IMG/VR virus record: IMGVR_UViG_3300045988_155830 | Location: 1 to 64,000 of that record | Strand: one strand, 5' to 3' | DNA from: a virus | DNA: 64,000 nucleotides | Shown here: positions 45,843-55,655 of the stretch, piece by piece | Layout of the letters: each line of letters opens with the position of its first letter | Position numbering within the stretch: the stretch's first letter is position 1 | Notes under the pieces: generated by a model | Database searches by the model: none | What the model was told of the DNA's origin: nothing | What the model saw: the letters and a program-made list of their open reading frames with translations, nothing else | Program-made: the position numbers and the translations under genes

Positions 45843-46454
45843 TTAATAACTACCTTTTTGTTTATAAAGTTTAACAATATCATTTTCCCATGCAGTTTTG
45901 CGATGGTATTGTTTCCATTTTAAGTATTTTTTATAACGATAAAGAGAGGCTTCTGCTGATAATCCAAAAACATTTTGAACATCTAAAGGCGATTGAACGC
46001 TTAGATATTCATAAAGAGGAAACGGAGATAATATTGTTGCGGCAAAATAATCAGCTTCATTTTCAAATTCAGAATTTTCTGTGCACATAAAACTATTCTC
46101 CGATAATTTTGAATAAGCAGATGCAGAGTGGTGTTTGCAAAGAATATGCCCTATTTCGTGACTACAAGTCCATAATTGCCGACCAAAATTGTTATTGCCT
46201 TGTGTTGACTGATTGCAAAGAATTAAATATCTATCCTGTGAAATATCATAATGAGTGCAACCAGACCCGCTTTCGCACATTTGGATAACATCATTTATTG
46301 AACAATTATTTATTTTAGCGAATTTCTGATATGACATATATCTACAATTCGGAATGAGTTTAATTACTTCTTGAATATCTAAAGGAAATGTGATTTGTGG
46401 CAACATAGAATATATTTTCAACACCAAATTGTTTATATAAATATATCTAATCAT
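45843..46454 (-). CDS. ImmA/IrrE-family zinc metallopeptidase
   Basis: HEIGHILCKHH contains HExxH. Confidence 0.7.
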   Translation of the reverse strand: MIRYIYINNLVLKIYSMLPQITFPLDIQEVIKLIPNCRYMSYQKFAKINNCSINDVIQMCESGSGCTHYDISQDRYLILCNQSTQGNNNFGRQLWTCSHEIGHILCKHHSASAYSKLSENSFMCTENSEFENEADYFAATILSPFPLYEYLSVQSPLDVQNVFGLSAEASLYRYKKYLKWKQYHRKTAWENDIVKLYKQKGSY

Positions 46455-46807
46455 TAGGTGTTATTATCCTCCTCAAAGGCGTAATCGAAACCAACTTTAA
46501 GCATTCGCATCATTCGTTCTCTATCTTGTTGAGACATTTTTTGTCTTGCTCTTTGAAAAGATATAATATCATCATCTCCGAGTAATTTAGAAGCAGAACC
46601 TTTTATATCTGTTCTACCGAGTAAATAATCGACTGACACATCGAAGTATGTGGCAACCTTGATTATTTTATCAACGGATGGAGAATAAGTTGATTTCCAT
46701 TTTTGAATTGAAGATAATCCTACTCCTAAATCACTTTCAAGTTTGTTGACAGAAATACCTTTTTCAATACATAATTCTTTGATTCTCTGATATAATACAG
46801 TTTCCAT
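46454..46807 (-). CDS. XRE-family helix-turn-helix transcriptional regulator (CI/Cro-like)
   Basis: N-terminal QRIKELCIEKGISVNKLESDLGVGLSSIQKW is a typical HTH_3 domain. Confidence 0.8.
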   Translation of the reverse strand: METVLYQRIKELCIEKGISVNKLESDLGVGLSSIQKWKSTYSPSVDKIIKVATYFDVSVDYLLGRTDIKGSASKLLGDDDIISFQRARQKMSQQDRERMMRMLKVGFDYAFEEDNNT

Positions 46808-46835
46808 AACTTTCTCCTTATTTGGTAGTGATTTC

Positions 46836-46875
46836 TTGAAATTGTGTTGACATCAAGAAAATAATCTGATATAAT
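46836..46875 (+). promoter_or_regulatory. divergent promoter/operator: TTGACA-17-TATAAT with a 7-bp inverted repeat TTCTTGA..TCAAGAA flanking the -35
   Basis: TTGACA at 46847-46852 and TATAAT at 46870-46875; the palindrome arms lie at about 46836-46842 and 46853-46859. Confidence 0.5.
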
Positions 46876-46963
46876 GAGTCATAGTTCAAGAAAATACAAC
46901 TAAATTTAATTGTATTATACGCTGAATTTTCTTAATTGTCAAGATGATATGGAGGATTAAATA

Positions 46964-47221
46964 ATGTATTACGCAACATATAAAGGAATAGGAATGAGTG
47001 ACATTACTGCATTTGAGTCGGAGCAGGAAAGAAATGATTGGGTTGAATTTAAGGACGATTTTAGTTTACTCTGCGGAGTGACAAAAGAAAATTCAACTTT
47101 TGAAAGACAAATACTCACGAACAAAAGAGAAATTGAAAGAGTAGTTAATAACAAAAAAATTAAGAAAATTATAGATACATATAACCCGAAACAATGGTGG
47201 TTTTTAAGGAGTATAATATAA
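46964..47221 (+). CDS. hypothetical protein (85 aa)
   Basis: RBS GGAGG. Confidence 0.45.
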   Translation: MYYATYKGIGMSDITAFESEQERNDWVEFKDDFSLLCGVTKENSTFERQILTNKREIERVVNNKKIKKIIDTYNPKQWWFLRSII

Positions 47222-48015
47222 TGGCAATTAAAGGTGCAATCATAGGAGATATTATAGGTTCTCAATATGAGTTTCGTAAGCCTATGGAATTTGACAATAA
47301 AACGGCGATTTTATTATCAGAAAACTGCAAATTTACAGATGATACGGTGTTATCATTGGCAACTAAATATGCTATTAAACACAATATAAGTTTTGCCGAA
47401 GCCTATAAGTTTTTCGGATTGAAATACATAGATGCCGGATATGGTGGTTCATTTCGTGAATGGCTTAATAGTGATACCAATGAACCTTATGGTAGTTATG
47501 GCAACGGTTCTGCTATGAGGGTATCTTTTGTTGCAGATTATTATGATAGTATGCAAGATGTTGTTGAGAATGCAAGCAAAACAGCAGAATGTACTCATAA
47601 TCATCCTGAAGGAATAAAGGGTGCTGTTGTAGTAGCAATGTGTATTTGGATGGCAAAACACGGAATTTCAAAAGAAGATATTTTGAATTATGCTATTGGT
47701 CAATATCCAAAAGATAAATACGCATATAGTCCTGAACTCACTCTTGATGAAATTCGAGAAATATATCATTGGAATGATAATTGCCAAGGTAGTGTACCTG
47801 CTGCAATTAGATGTGTATATGAAGCAAATACTTATACAGAATTTATAAGAAATGTGTTGAGCTTGAAATGTGATGCAGATACATTATGTGCAATAGGTGG
47901 TGGAATTGCAGAAGAACTATTTGATAATAGAAAAGATGAAATTCTTCAATCAGCCGACCAAATATTAGGAAGGTATCTTGATGACTATTTAATGAAAGTT
48001 TTTTCTGAAAATTAG
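47221..48015 (+). CDS. ADP-ribosylglycohydrolase-family protein (ARH/DraG-like)
   Basis: N-terminal GAIIGDIIGSQYEF and GNGSAMR match the ARH signatures. Confidence 0.65.
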   Translation: MAIKGAIIGDIIGSQYEFRKPMEFDNKTAILLSENCKFTDDTVLSLATKYAIKHNISFAEAYKFFGLKYIDAGYGGSFREWLNSDTNEPYGSYGNGSAMRVSFVADYYDSMQDVVENASKTAECTHNHPEGIKGAVVVAMCIWMAKHGISKEDILNYAIGQYPKDKYAYSPELTLDEIREIYHWNDNCQGSVPAAIRCVYEANTYTEFIRNVLSLKCDADTLCAIGGGIAEELFDNRKDEILQSADQILGRYLDDYLMKVFSEN

Positions 48016-48034
48016 AAATAATATTGAGAAACTA

Positions 48035-48063
48035 CTTGACAAATAGGTAAATCGGTGCTATAA
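48035..48063 (+). promoter_or_regulatory. sigma-70-type promoter TTGACA-17-TATAAT, preceded by the conserved intergenic motif
   Basis: TTGACA at 48035-48040 and TATAAT at 48058-48063. Confidence 0.55.
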
Positions 48064-48094
48064 TATTCAATGTTAAGAAACGAGGGAATAAATT

Positions 48095-49126
48095 GTGAGT
48101 ATGATTGATATTAAAAAGATAATCCAAAACACAGAGTATGATTTTTTACGAACCAATGAAAATCTTGGTAGTAATATTTTTCTACTCGGATTTGGTGGCA
48201 GTTATGCTTATGGTACAAACAATGAAAACTCTGACATTGATATTAGAGGTATAGCCACAAATAGTAAAAGAAATATTCTTACAGGTAATGATTTTGAACA
48301 AGTTGTTGATATTGATACCGATACAACTGTATATTCATTCGATAAGATTATCAAATTGTTATGTTCTTGTAACCCGAATACAGTAGAAATGTTAGGATTA
48401 AAACCCGAACATTATTTCTATCTTACAAATATTGGTAGAGAACTCATAGAAAATAAATCATTATTCTTGTCAAAAAGAGCAATCCATTCATTTGGCGGAT
48501 ATGCAAACGCCCAGCTGCGAAGGTTGGAAAATAAATCTGTTCGTTTGGTTAGTCAAAGTCAGCAGGAGCAACATATTTTGAAAAGTATCGAACACGCTTC
48601 TGCTGATTTCAGAGAAAGATATTTTGATATGCCGGAAGATGCAATTACTCTGTATGTTGATAAATCGGAGCAGGAAGGTTATGATACGGAAATTTTCTGC
48701 GATGTTACATTAAAGCATTATCCTCTCCGAGATTATAAAGGAATGTTTTCCGATATGGGTACAATTATAAAGTCTTACTCAAAAATCGGTAAGAGAAATG
48801 AAAAGGCTATCGGGCATAATAAGTTGGGTAAACATATGATGCATCTTGTTCGTCTTTACCTTATGGCATTTGATATTCTTGAAAAAGGCGAAATCAATAC
48901 TTATCGAGATAAAGAACACGATTTCCTTATGAAAATAAGAAATGGTGGTTATCTCGATGAAAATAGACAGCCAACAAAGGAATTCTATGAAATTGTTGAT
49001 GAGTATGAAAACAGGCTTGATAGACTCAAGGCAACAACGGATTTGCCTGAAACAGTAGATATGAACAAGGTTATGGATTTTGTAGCCAAAGTAAATGAGA
49101 TGGTCGTTTCAGGAGGTAATATATGA
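48095..49126 (+). CDS. nucleotidyltransferase-fold protein (Pol-beta superfamily)
   Basis: GFGGSYAYGTNNENSDIDIRG matches the GS..D.D motif. Confidence 0.5.
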   Translation: MSMIDIKKIIQNTEYDFLRTNENLGSNIFLLGFGGSYAYGTNNENSDIDIRGIATNSKRNILTGNDFEQVVDIDTDTTVYSFDKIIKLLCSCNPNTVEMLGLKPEHYFYLTNIGRELIENKSLFLSKRAIHSFGGYANAQLRRLENKSVRLVSQSQQEQHILKSIEHASADFRERYFDMPEDAITLYVDKSEQEGYDTEIFCDVTLKHYPLRDYKGMFSDMGTIIKSYSKIGKRNEKAIGHNKLGKHMMHLVRLYLMAFDILEKGEINTYRDKEHDFLMKIRNGGYLDENRQPTKEFYEIVDEYENRLDRLKATTDLPETVDMNKVMDFVAKVNEMVVSGGNI

Positions 49127-50073
49127 CAAGGGAAGAAGTGCTGAATTCTATTCAGTTGAAAAAGAGATTCTGTAAAGATTGTAATATACCGATTGCCGTG
49201 TTTGATAATCCGTATTTTTGTGAAAGACTTATAACACTTGATACAATTTTTAATTGTGTTGAACAGTTTAATCTGTTTTGTGTAGAAATGCAGCAGTTCA
49301 ATAATGAGCAGGATTATTTTGAATACTATAATTTAGTAAAAGATAAAATGATTTCGGATATTAAAGGAAATCATACATATCAATCTTTCAATATAGATTT
49401 AAGTGGTAAATCTGAAACTGCCCTTAATATAGAAAGAGCAAAAGTCGGAAAGAAAAACCTTTATGTTGAAAATAATGACGGAAAGGCATTTATATCTATT
49501 GATATGAAAAAAGCAAACTTTTCATCAATGAACTTCTATTCGAGAGATATTTTCGATTGCGACACCTGGGAAGATTATGTTGGAAAATTTACGAATAGTT
49601 TACATATTCAAAATAGTAAATATATCAGACAGGTTGTATTAGGTGCTTGTAATCCTAAAAGACAAATTCAGTATGAGCATTCATTGATGTTAAAACTCTA
49701 TCTACATATCAAAGACACACTTAATGACAATGGTTTCACGGCTTACAGTATTGGCGAAGATGAAATACTTATAGAAGTAGGTCAGTTCCACCATCCGCTT
49801 AATAAGTTAAAAGAGGTTATTGATTCTTGTCCTTTAGGTATTGGTAATCTTGTAAGAGTTGAAATGTTTGATTTACAGAAAGCAGGAGATTATGGGTGGT
49901 TAAAAGTTATTTATGATGATAACCAGACCGTTAAATTCAAGTGTATTGATTCAGAGATATTTCATCAAATAGTTAAACACTATTACAATATACCAATTAC
50001 AGAAAATGACCTTGTATTTAGACATAATGGCAGACTTGCACGATTTTTAGAGGAGGTCAAAAATCCGTGGTAG
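49123..50073 (+). CDS. hypothetical protein (316 aa)
   Basis: Overlapping start and stop codons. Confidence 0.5.
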   Translation: MTREEVLNSIQLKKRFCKDCNIPIAVFDNPYFCERLITLDTIFNCVEQFNLFCVEMQQFNNEQDYFEYYNLVKDKMISDIKGNHTYQSFNIDLSGKSETALNIERAKVGKKNLYVENNDGKAFISIDMKKANFSSMNFYSRDIFDCDTWEDYVGKFTNSLHIQNSKYIRQVVLGACNPKRQIQYEHSLMLKLYLHIKDTLNDNGFTAYSIGEDEILIEVGQFHHPLNKLKEVIDSCPLGIGNLVRVEMFDLQKAGDYGWLKVIYDDNQTVKFKCIDSEIFHQIVKHYYNIPITENDLVFRHNGRLARFLEEVKNPW

Positions 50074-51392
50074 ATATAAAAATGCCTATGCCGGTTGAAT
50101 TTGCATTAAACAGATTGCATTCAAATGGTTATGAAGCTTATATCGTTGGTGGATGTGTACGTGATAGTATTATAGGAATTCAACCTCACGACTGGGATAT
50201 TTGCACATCTGCTTTGCCAGAGCAAGTCCAAGAAATATTCAAAGACTTAAAAGTAATTCCCACTGGTTTACAGCACGGAACAGTAACCGTTGTTTTTGAA
50301 GATGGCGATTGCAAGCAATGTCTTGAAATCACTACTTACAGAATTGACGGAGAATATAAAGATAACCGACACCCTGAAAATGTTAAGTTTGTATCTGACC
50401 TATCACTTGATTTAATGCGCAGAGATTTTACAATCAATGCTATGGCTTATAATGATAAAGAAGGCATCATTGATATGTTTGGCGGAGTTGAAGATATTGA
50501 AATGGGCTGTTTGAGATGTGTAGGAAATCCAGATGATAGATTTCAAGAAGATGCGCTCCGCATTATGAGAGCTATTCGCTTTGCAATTAGATATGATTTG
50601 CAAATTGATGATGAGATTATTAAATCAATTCAGAAAAACAAGATACTTTTGAAGAATGTATCTGTTGAAAGAATTTGTGCTGAATTGACAAAGATACTTG
50701 AATCAAATATCGGCAATGACGGTTCAAAGAAAAACAGGATTGAACTGATTGGTTATCTTATTGATTTTTTACAGGTAGTTCTTGATTACAAGATTGATTT
50801 TGATGAGCAAGAGGTTTACAACAGATTGGCTTTTGTTGAGCCAAATGTTCCATTAAGACTCGCAATCTTGTTTGATACTACTAATATTATGAATATCCTT
50901 AAAGATTTAAGGTTTTCAAACGATGTTGTATTTGCAGCACACGCTATCCGTGAATATGGTCATAAAATTCTTGACGAGAAAGATAAGCGGAGTAGCAAAT
51001 CAAGCATTGCGGCAGCAGTCAATAATCTGCATATAGGAGATAGAGAAGATAATGTTGAAGATGATAGCTCATTGCGTTACTATGCGAGACGGTCATTAAA
51101 AAACATTCATTCTTGCTCATTTGAATCCATAATATCGTTTGCAAAGGCTTATGTCAATGATGAATATATGTTTGTTGCATTAAACATTCTTCAAAGGCAA
51201 ATGCAATTTTGTAAAGAGAATGACGTATATTGCCTTCAGTATCTTGCCGTAAATGGCAATGATATTATGCAAGCCGGATTTGAGGGTAAGGATATAGGAG
51301 ATATATTAAATAAACTTCTCGATATGGTTATGCGAGAAGATGTCCGAAATAACAGAGAAGAATTGTTGGCTGCCGTATCAAAATTTAGATAA
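50067..51392 (+). CDS. tRNA nucleotidyltransferase (CCA-adding enzyme), class II
   Basis: GGCVRD, DWDI, RRDFTINAMAY and ERIxxE-like motifs. Confidence 0.8.
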   Translation: MVDIKMPMPVEFALNRLHSNGYEAYIVGGCVRDSIIGIQPHDWDICTSALPEQVQEIFKDLKVIPTGLQHGTVTVVFEDGDCKQCLEITTYRIDGEYKDNRHPENVKFVSDLSLDLMRRDFTINAMAYNDKEGIIDMFGGVEDIEMGCLRCVGNPDDRFQEDALRIMRAIRFAIRYDLQIDDEIIKSIQKNKILLKNVSVERICAELTKILESNIGNDGSKKNRIELIGYLIDFLQVVLDYKIDFDEQEVYNRLAFVEPNVPLRLAILFDTTNIMNILKDLRFSNDVVFAAHAIREYGHKILDEKDKRSSKSSIAAAVNNLHIGDREDNVEDDSSLRYYARRSLKNIHSCSFESIISFAKAYVNDEYMFVALNILQRQMQFCKENDVYCLQYLAVNGNDIMQAGFEGKDIGDILNKLLDMVMREDVRNNREELLAAVSKFR

Positions 51393-51405
51393 GGCGAGAT
51401 AAATA

Positions 51406-51732
51406 ATGAACTATAAATGTCAACAATGTGGTTGCGAAAAAGTTTATGCCAAACCAAGCGGCAGACGAATGGGTGTATATTGTTCAGATTGTAATAGTTG
51501 GATTTGTTGGACTACATATTCAAAGATGACAGAGCTTTATAAACAGATTGAAGAACAAGATTTGAATGATAAAGTCGCAATCAGAAAGATATTCAAACGC
51601 AGTGGAGTTACAAGAATGAACTGCTCCAAATGCGGATGTTTGCTATATAATTCGTGTTATTCAAGACCCGAAGGTCAATTCGATTTAGTTAATGCTAAAT
51701 TCTGTCCGAATTGTGGCAGAGAATTGATTTAA
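51406..51732 (+). CDS. hypothetical multi-CxxC zinc-ribbon protein
   Basis: Four CxxC pairs. Confidence 0.5.
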   Translation: MNYKCQQCGCEKVYAKPSGRRMGVYCSDCNSWICWTTYSKMTELYKQIEEQDLNDKVAIRKIFKRSGVTRMNCSKCGCLLYNSCYSRPEGQFDLVNAKFCPNCGRELI

Positions 51733-51797
51733 TTTTTTTAACGATTAGAAACCGTATTGAGCAACACGAAACAAATAACACATAAAGAGGTAAAAGA

Positions 51798-52654
51798 ATG
51801 TATAAGAATCCATTTAATTATACGGGTGCAAAATTCAAGTTGCTCCCACAAATATTGCCTCTTTTCCCGGACAAAATTAACACATTTGTTGACTTGTTCG
51901 GGGGAGTGGAGAATTAACATTCAATACACAAGCAGAGCATTACATATATAATGAGAAATCAAAACAACTGGTTAATATTTTCAATAATCTTGATGATGAT
52001 TTCATAATAGATGTTGAAAAGGTTATTCAACAATATGGTTTATCTAAAGAGAATAAACAAGGATTTCTTGATTTGAGAACATATTATAATACAAATCTTG
52101 GAACAATGTCTGATAGAGAAAATGCCATAATTTTGTATTGTTTATTGACTCACGCTTTTAATTACCAAATAGCATTTAATTCAAAAGGTGAGTATAATAT
52201 GCCATCTGGTAAAGGCAGGAGTTATTTTAGTCCACAACTTAAAGAAAAGCTGACTGCTTATATAGATAAGAATAAACAAAATGATATAAGGTTTTTATCA
52301 TATGATTTTGTTGATATAAATATTCCGTCTTTAGTTTCTTCTGATGATGCTTTTATATATGTTGACCCACCATATTACATAACAGTTGGTGCATATGAAA
52401 GAGATTATTTTTGTAAGTGGTCGGAAGAATACGAGAACAAACTACTTGCACTTCTTGATGATTTATCTACAAAGGGTTATAAATGGGCATTTTCAAATGT
52501 TTTTGAACATAAAGGTAAATCTAATGATTTATTAAAAAGTTGGGCAAGTAAATATACAATTCATTATCTCAATATGGACTATAAGAATTGTAATTATCAT
52601 ACAAAAGATAAGTCTGCAAATAGTAGTGTTGAGGTTTTAATTACTAACTATTAG
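51798..52654 (+). pseudogene. Dam-class N6-adenine DNA methyltransferase with a -1 frameshift in a G5 run (around 51903-51907)
   Basis: Frame 1 reads MYKNPFNYTGAKFKLLPQIL...VDLFGG then stops; the continuing frame reads (G)SGELTFN...YVDPPYY; one extra G restores DLFGGSGELTF (FxGxG) followed by DPPY. Confidence 0.6.
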
Positions 52655-52771
52655 AAACAGTATTGAGTAATAGAGGTTAAGTTATGAGCCATTTATGCTT
52701 GTGGATTTCAAGCAACAAGGTATTTCATTGAAACATACGAAGAAACAGATAATTAAATTAGGAGAATATAT

Positions 52772-53260
52772 ATGGAAAAATTTTATATCGTATCGAATGA
52801 CAGTGTTCTTGGCGAAAAATATCTTGAATATTTAGAAGCTGTTAATAAGATTACTGACTTATTTCGAGATTTTGCGGTAAGAAATAATATTCATACCAAC
52901 TCATTCCATCCAACTGTTACAAGGTTATGGATTGACCCTGATGCCGAGGACATTAAAAACTTTTCAACAGGTTTTATGGCTGATACTGCTGGCAAGTTCA
53001 AATTAAAAAATCCTCTCAATAAAGAATGGGTTTCATTATGTAAAGAAAACGGTCTTACAGAAAATGCCCGCAAACCTTATGTTCCATTCTATTTTACATT
53101 TGGTTGCTTTAAGTGTGGGTGGAGATTATTTGATGTTGATAATGTTATTTATTGCACCTTTTCATCTGAAGGTGATTTCAATGCTCCGGAAGGTTTAAAG
53201 GAAATAAAAGCAAGTGAGTTTTATTCCATTATGGAATCTAAAAAACTTATTATAAATTGA
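52772..53260 (+). CDS. hypothetical protein
   Basis: 162-aa ORF. Confidence 0.5.
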   Translation: MEKFYIVSNDSVLGEKYLEYLEAVNKITDLFRDFAVRNNIHTNSFHPTVTRLWIDPDAEDIKNFSTGFMADTAGKFKLKNPLNKEWVSLCKENGLTENARKPYVPFYFTFGCFKCGWRLFDVDNVIYCTFSSEGDFNAPEGLKEIKASEFYSIMESKKLIIN

Positions 53261-53352
53261 TTAAATAATTCTTTTATTAGTAAAGAATAGAGAATGGTCT
53301 ATATTGATTAGCATTTTAATACTAACAAAAAATAGGGAGTTAAAACATCAGA

Positions 53353-54313
53353 ATGGGCGATAAAAAATCTACTTCATTTGAAAATAAATATACAGTTGAA
53401 GATTTACGAATAATGCAATCGTGGTCATTGCAAAGAAAAATACAGGTCACACAAACACGAATAATCGAATGGTATCAGAAAAACAATGGAAAAGTTTATG
53501 TTTCTTTTAGTGGCGGAAAAGATTCTACCGTACTTCTTGATTTAGCAAGAAGAATTTATCCTGATATTCCTGCCGTTTTTATTGATACTGGGCTTGAATA
53601 TCCAGAATTAAGAGAGTTTGTTAAATCAATATCAAATGTAGTTTGGTTAAAGCCAGATATGAATTTTCGTAAAGTAATTGAAACATATGGCTATCCAATC
53701 ATTAGCAAGAATGTTAGCAGGGCAATACACGATGTCAAAAAATTAGGAAATAATTGTTGGTCTGCAAGAGCTTTTGATGGTAGAGAAACTGGTTTATACA
53801 ATTATACCAAATATAAATACTTACTTGATTCTCCGTTCAAAATTAGCAATCAGTGTTGTGAAGTTATGAAAAAGAAACCATTAAAAAAAATATGAAAAAC
53901 AGTCTGGAAACAAACCAATTATCGGAACAATGGCTTGTGAGAGTCAAGCAAGAAAAATCGCTTGGTTACATAATGGTTGCAACTCTTTTAGTGGTAAAAA
54001 TCAGAAATCACAACCTATGAGTTTTTGGACTGAACAGGATGTATTAGAATACATATCGCTCACTGGAATATCATATACGCAAGTTTATGGTGAAATTATT
54101 AAAGATAAAGATGGTAAATATCACACTACTAAATGCAATAGAACGGGATGTATATTTTGCGGTTTTGGATGCCATCTTGAAAAAGAACCAAATAGATTTC
54201 AAAGATTAAAAGAGACACATCCAAAGCTATGGGAATATTGTATGAGAGATTGGAATAGCGGAGGACTTGGAATGAAAAGTGTTCTTGAATATATAGGAGT
54301 AAAAATTGAGTAA
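53353..54313 (+). pseudogene. PAPS-reductase-family (ATP-pyrophosphatase fold) protein split by a 1-nt frameshift in an A8 run (53883-53890)
   Basis: N-terminal part has SFSGGKDS (PP-loop); C-terminal part has CGFGCHLE; removing one A fuses the two frames. Confidence 0.55.
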
Positions 54314-54872
54314 AACTATTTTAATTGATATAGATGATACCATTGAAAACCTTTGTGAAACCTGGGTTTCCTGGCTTAATAAACAATATGGTACTTCTGT
54401 TAAATATGATGAGATAACGGAATGGGATATAAGTAAATTCTTCCCATTATTAACCAAAGAACAGGTTTATGAACCATTACATAATCCATCATTATGGAGT
54501 TATGTTGAACCAAAGCCTGGAGCAGTTGAATATGTAAAGAAACTAATTGATGAAGGTTACAATGTTTATCTTTGCACAACAACTGATTATAGAAATGTTA
54601 AACCAAAGTTTGAGAGTGTTATTCAGAAACATTTTCCTTATATAAAGTGGAGTCAGGTTATTATTGCAAGTCAAAAACAAATGATAAACGCAGATGTTCT
54701 TATTGATGATGGAATACATAACCTTGAAAACGGTAATTATATCAAAATTCTTGTATCTGCTTCTCATAACAAAAACTATGATGCTGCAAGCAATGGTATG
54801 CACAGAGCCGACACTTGGGAAGAAATATATTCACTTATTCATTCATTGATAGGAGAACCATATGAGAGTTGA
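54306..54872 (+). CDS. HAD-superfamily 5'(3')-deoxyribonucleotidase-like hydrolase
   Basis: N-terminal ILIDIDDTI (DxDxT). Confidence 0.55.
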   Translation: MSKTILIDIDDTIENLCETWVSWLNKQYGTSVKYDEITEWDISKFFPLLTKEQVYEPLHNPSLWSYVEPKPGAVEYVKKLIDEGYNVYLCTTTDYRNVKPKFESVIQKHFPYIKWSQVIIASQKQMINADVLIDDGIHNLENGNYIKILVSASHNKNYDAASNGMHRADTWEEIYSLIHSLIGEPYES

Positions 54873-55428
54873 TATTTTTAATACATCAAATCAGTATAAC
54901 TTAATTCTTGCTGACCCACCCTGGAAACAGGCTAAAGGCGGCAAGAAGAAAGTTAGACCGGTCAGCAGTGGAACTGCACTTGACTACCCTGTATGTTCTC
55001 TTGATGAAATCAAAAGACATTTGGCACAAGCTACAAGTTTATGCAAGGGGGATAGCGTTCTTTTCTTATGGACTATTGATAAGTATTTATTTGAGGCACA
55101 ACAGATTGCAGAATCATTAGGTTATAAGTTACACGCAAGAATGATATGGAATAAGGTCACAGGTATTCCAGCAGCATTTACAGTTAGATATGGTCACGAA
55201 TATTTATTGTATATGTATAAAGGCAAACTTATCCCTGTGGCTACCGAAGAAAGAGGTAAGATACATACCGTTTTTACGGAAAAAGTTCAGAAACATAGTA
55301 AAAAGCCGGAAATTTCTTATGAAATTATCAATCGCCTTTATCCTAATTTAAAAAAGTTAGAGATGTATGCAAGAGAAGAAAGAGATAATTTCGATGTCTG
55401 GGGTAATGAAGTACCCGTACAAAACTAA
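54862..55428 (+). CDS. MT-A70-family adenine methyltransferase
   Basis: LILADPPWKQ (DPPW). Confidence 0.65.
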   Translation: MRVDIFNTSNQYNLILADPPWKQAKGGKKKVRPVSSGTALDYPVCSLDEIKRHLAQATSLCKGDSVLFLWTIDKYLFEAQQIAESLGYKLHARMIWNKVTGIPAAFTVRYGHEYLLYMYKGKLIPVATEERGKIHTVFTEKVQKHSKKPEISYEIINRLYPNLKKLEMYAREERDNFDVWGNEVPVQN

Positions 55429-55448
55429 TCTAAACGGAGGAACTTGTA

Positions 55449-55655
55449 ATGTTTAAATGTAAAAATTGTGGAACTGAAATGGAGAGAGTTTATTCTTTTG
55501 AAAATGAGAATGAAAGTTATCAGCAGATGAAGTGTCCTAACTGTGGCGGTGCTACAAAAAAGAGACCTATCGTGTATGACGATAACGGCAATCTCGTAAC
55601 CAATTTCAAGAAGAACAATAAAAAGAAAAAGCAGAGAAAGGCTAAAGAAGAATGA
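55449..55655 (+). CDS. hypothetical zinc-ribbon protein
   Basis: CKNCG...CPNCGG. Confidence 0.45.
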   Translation: MFKCKNCGTEMERVYSFENENESYQQMKCPNCGGATKKRPIVYDDNGNLVTNFKKNNKKKKQRKAKEE

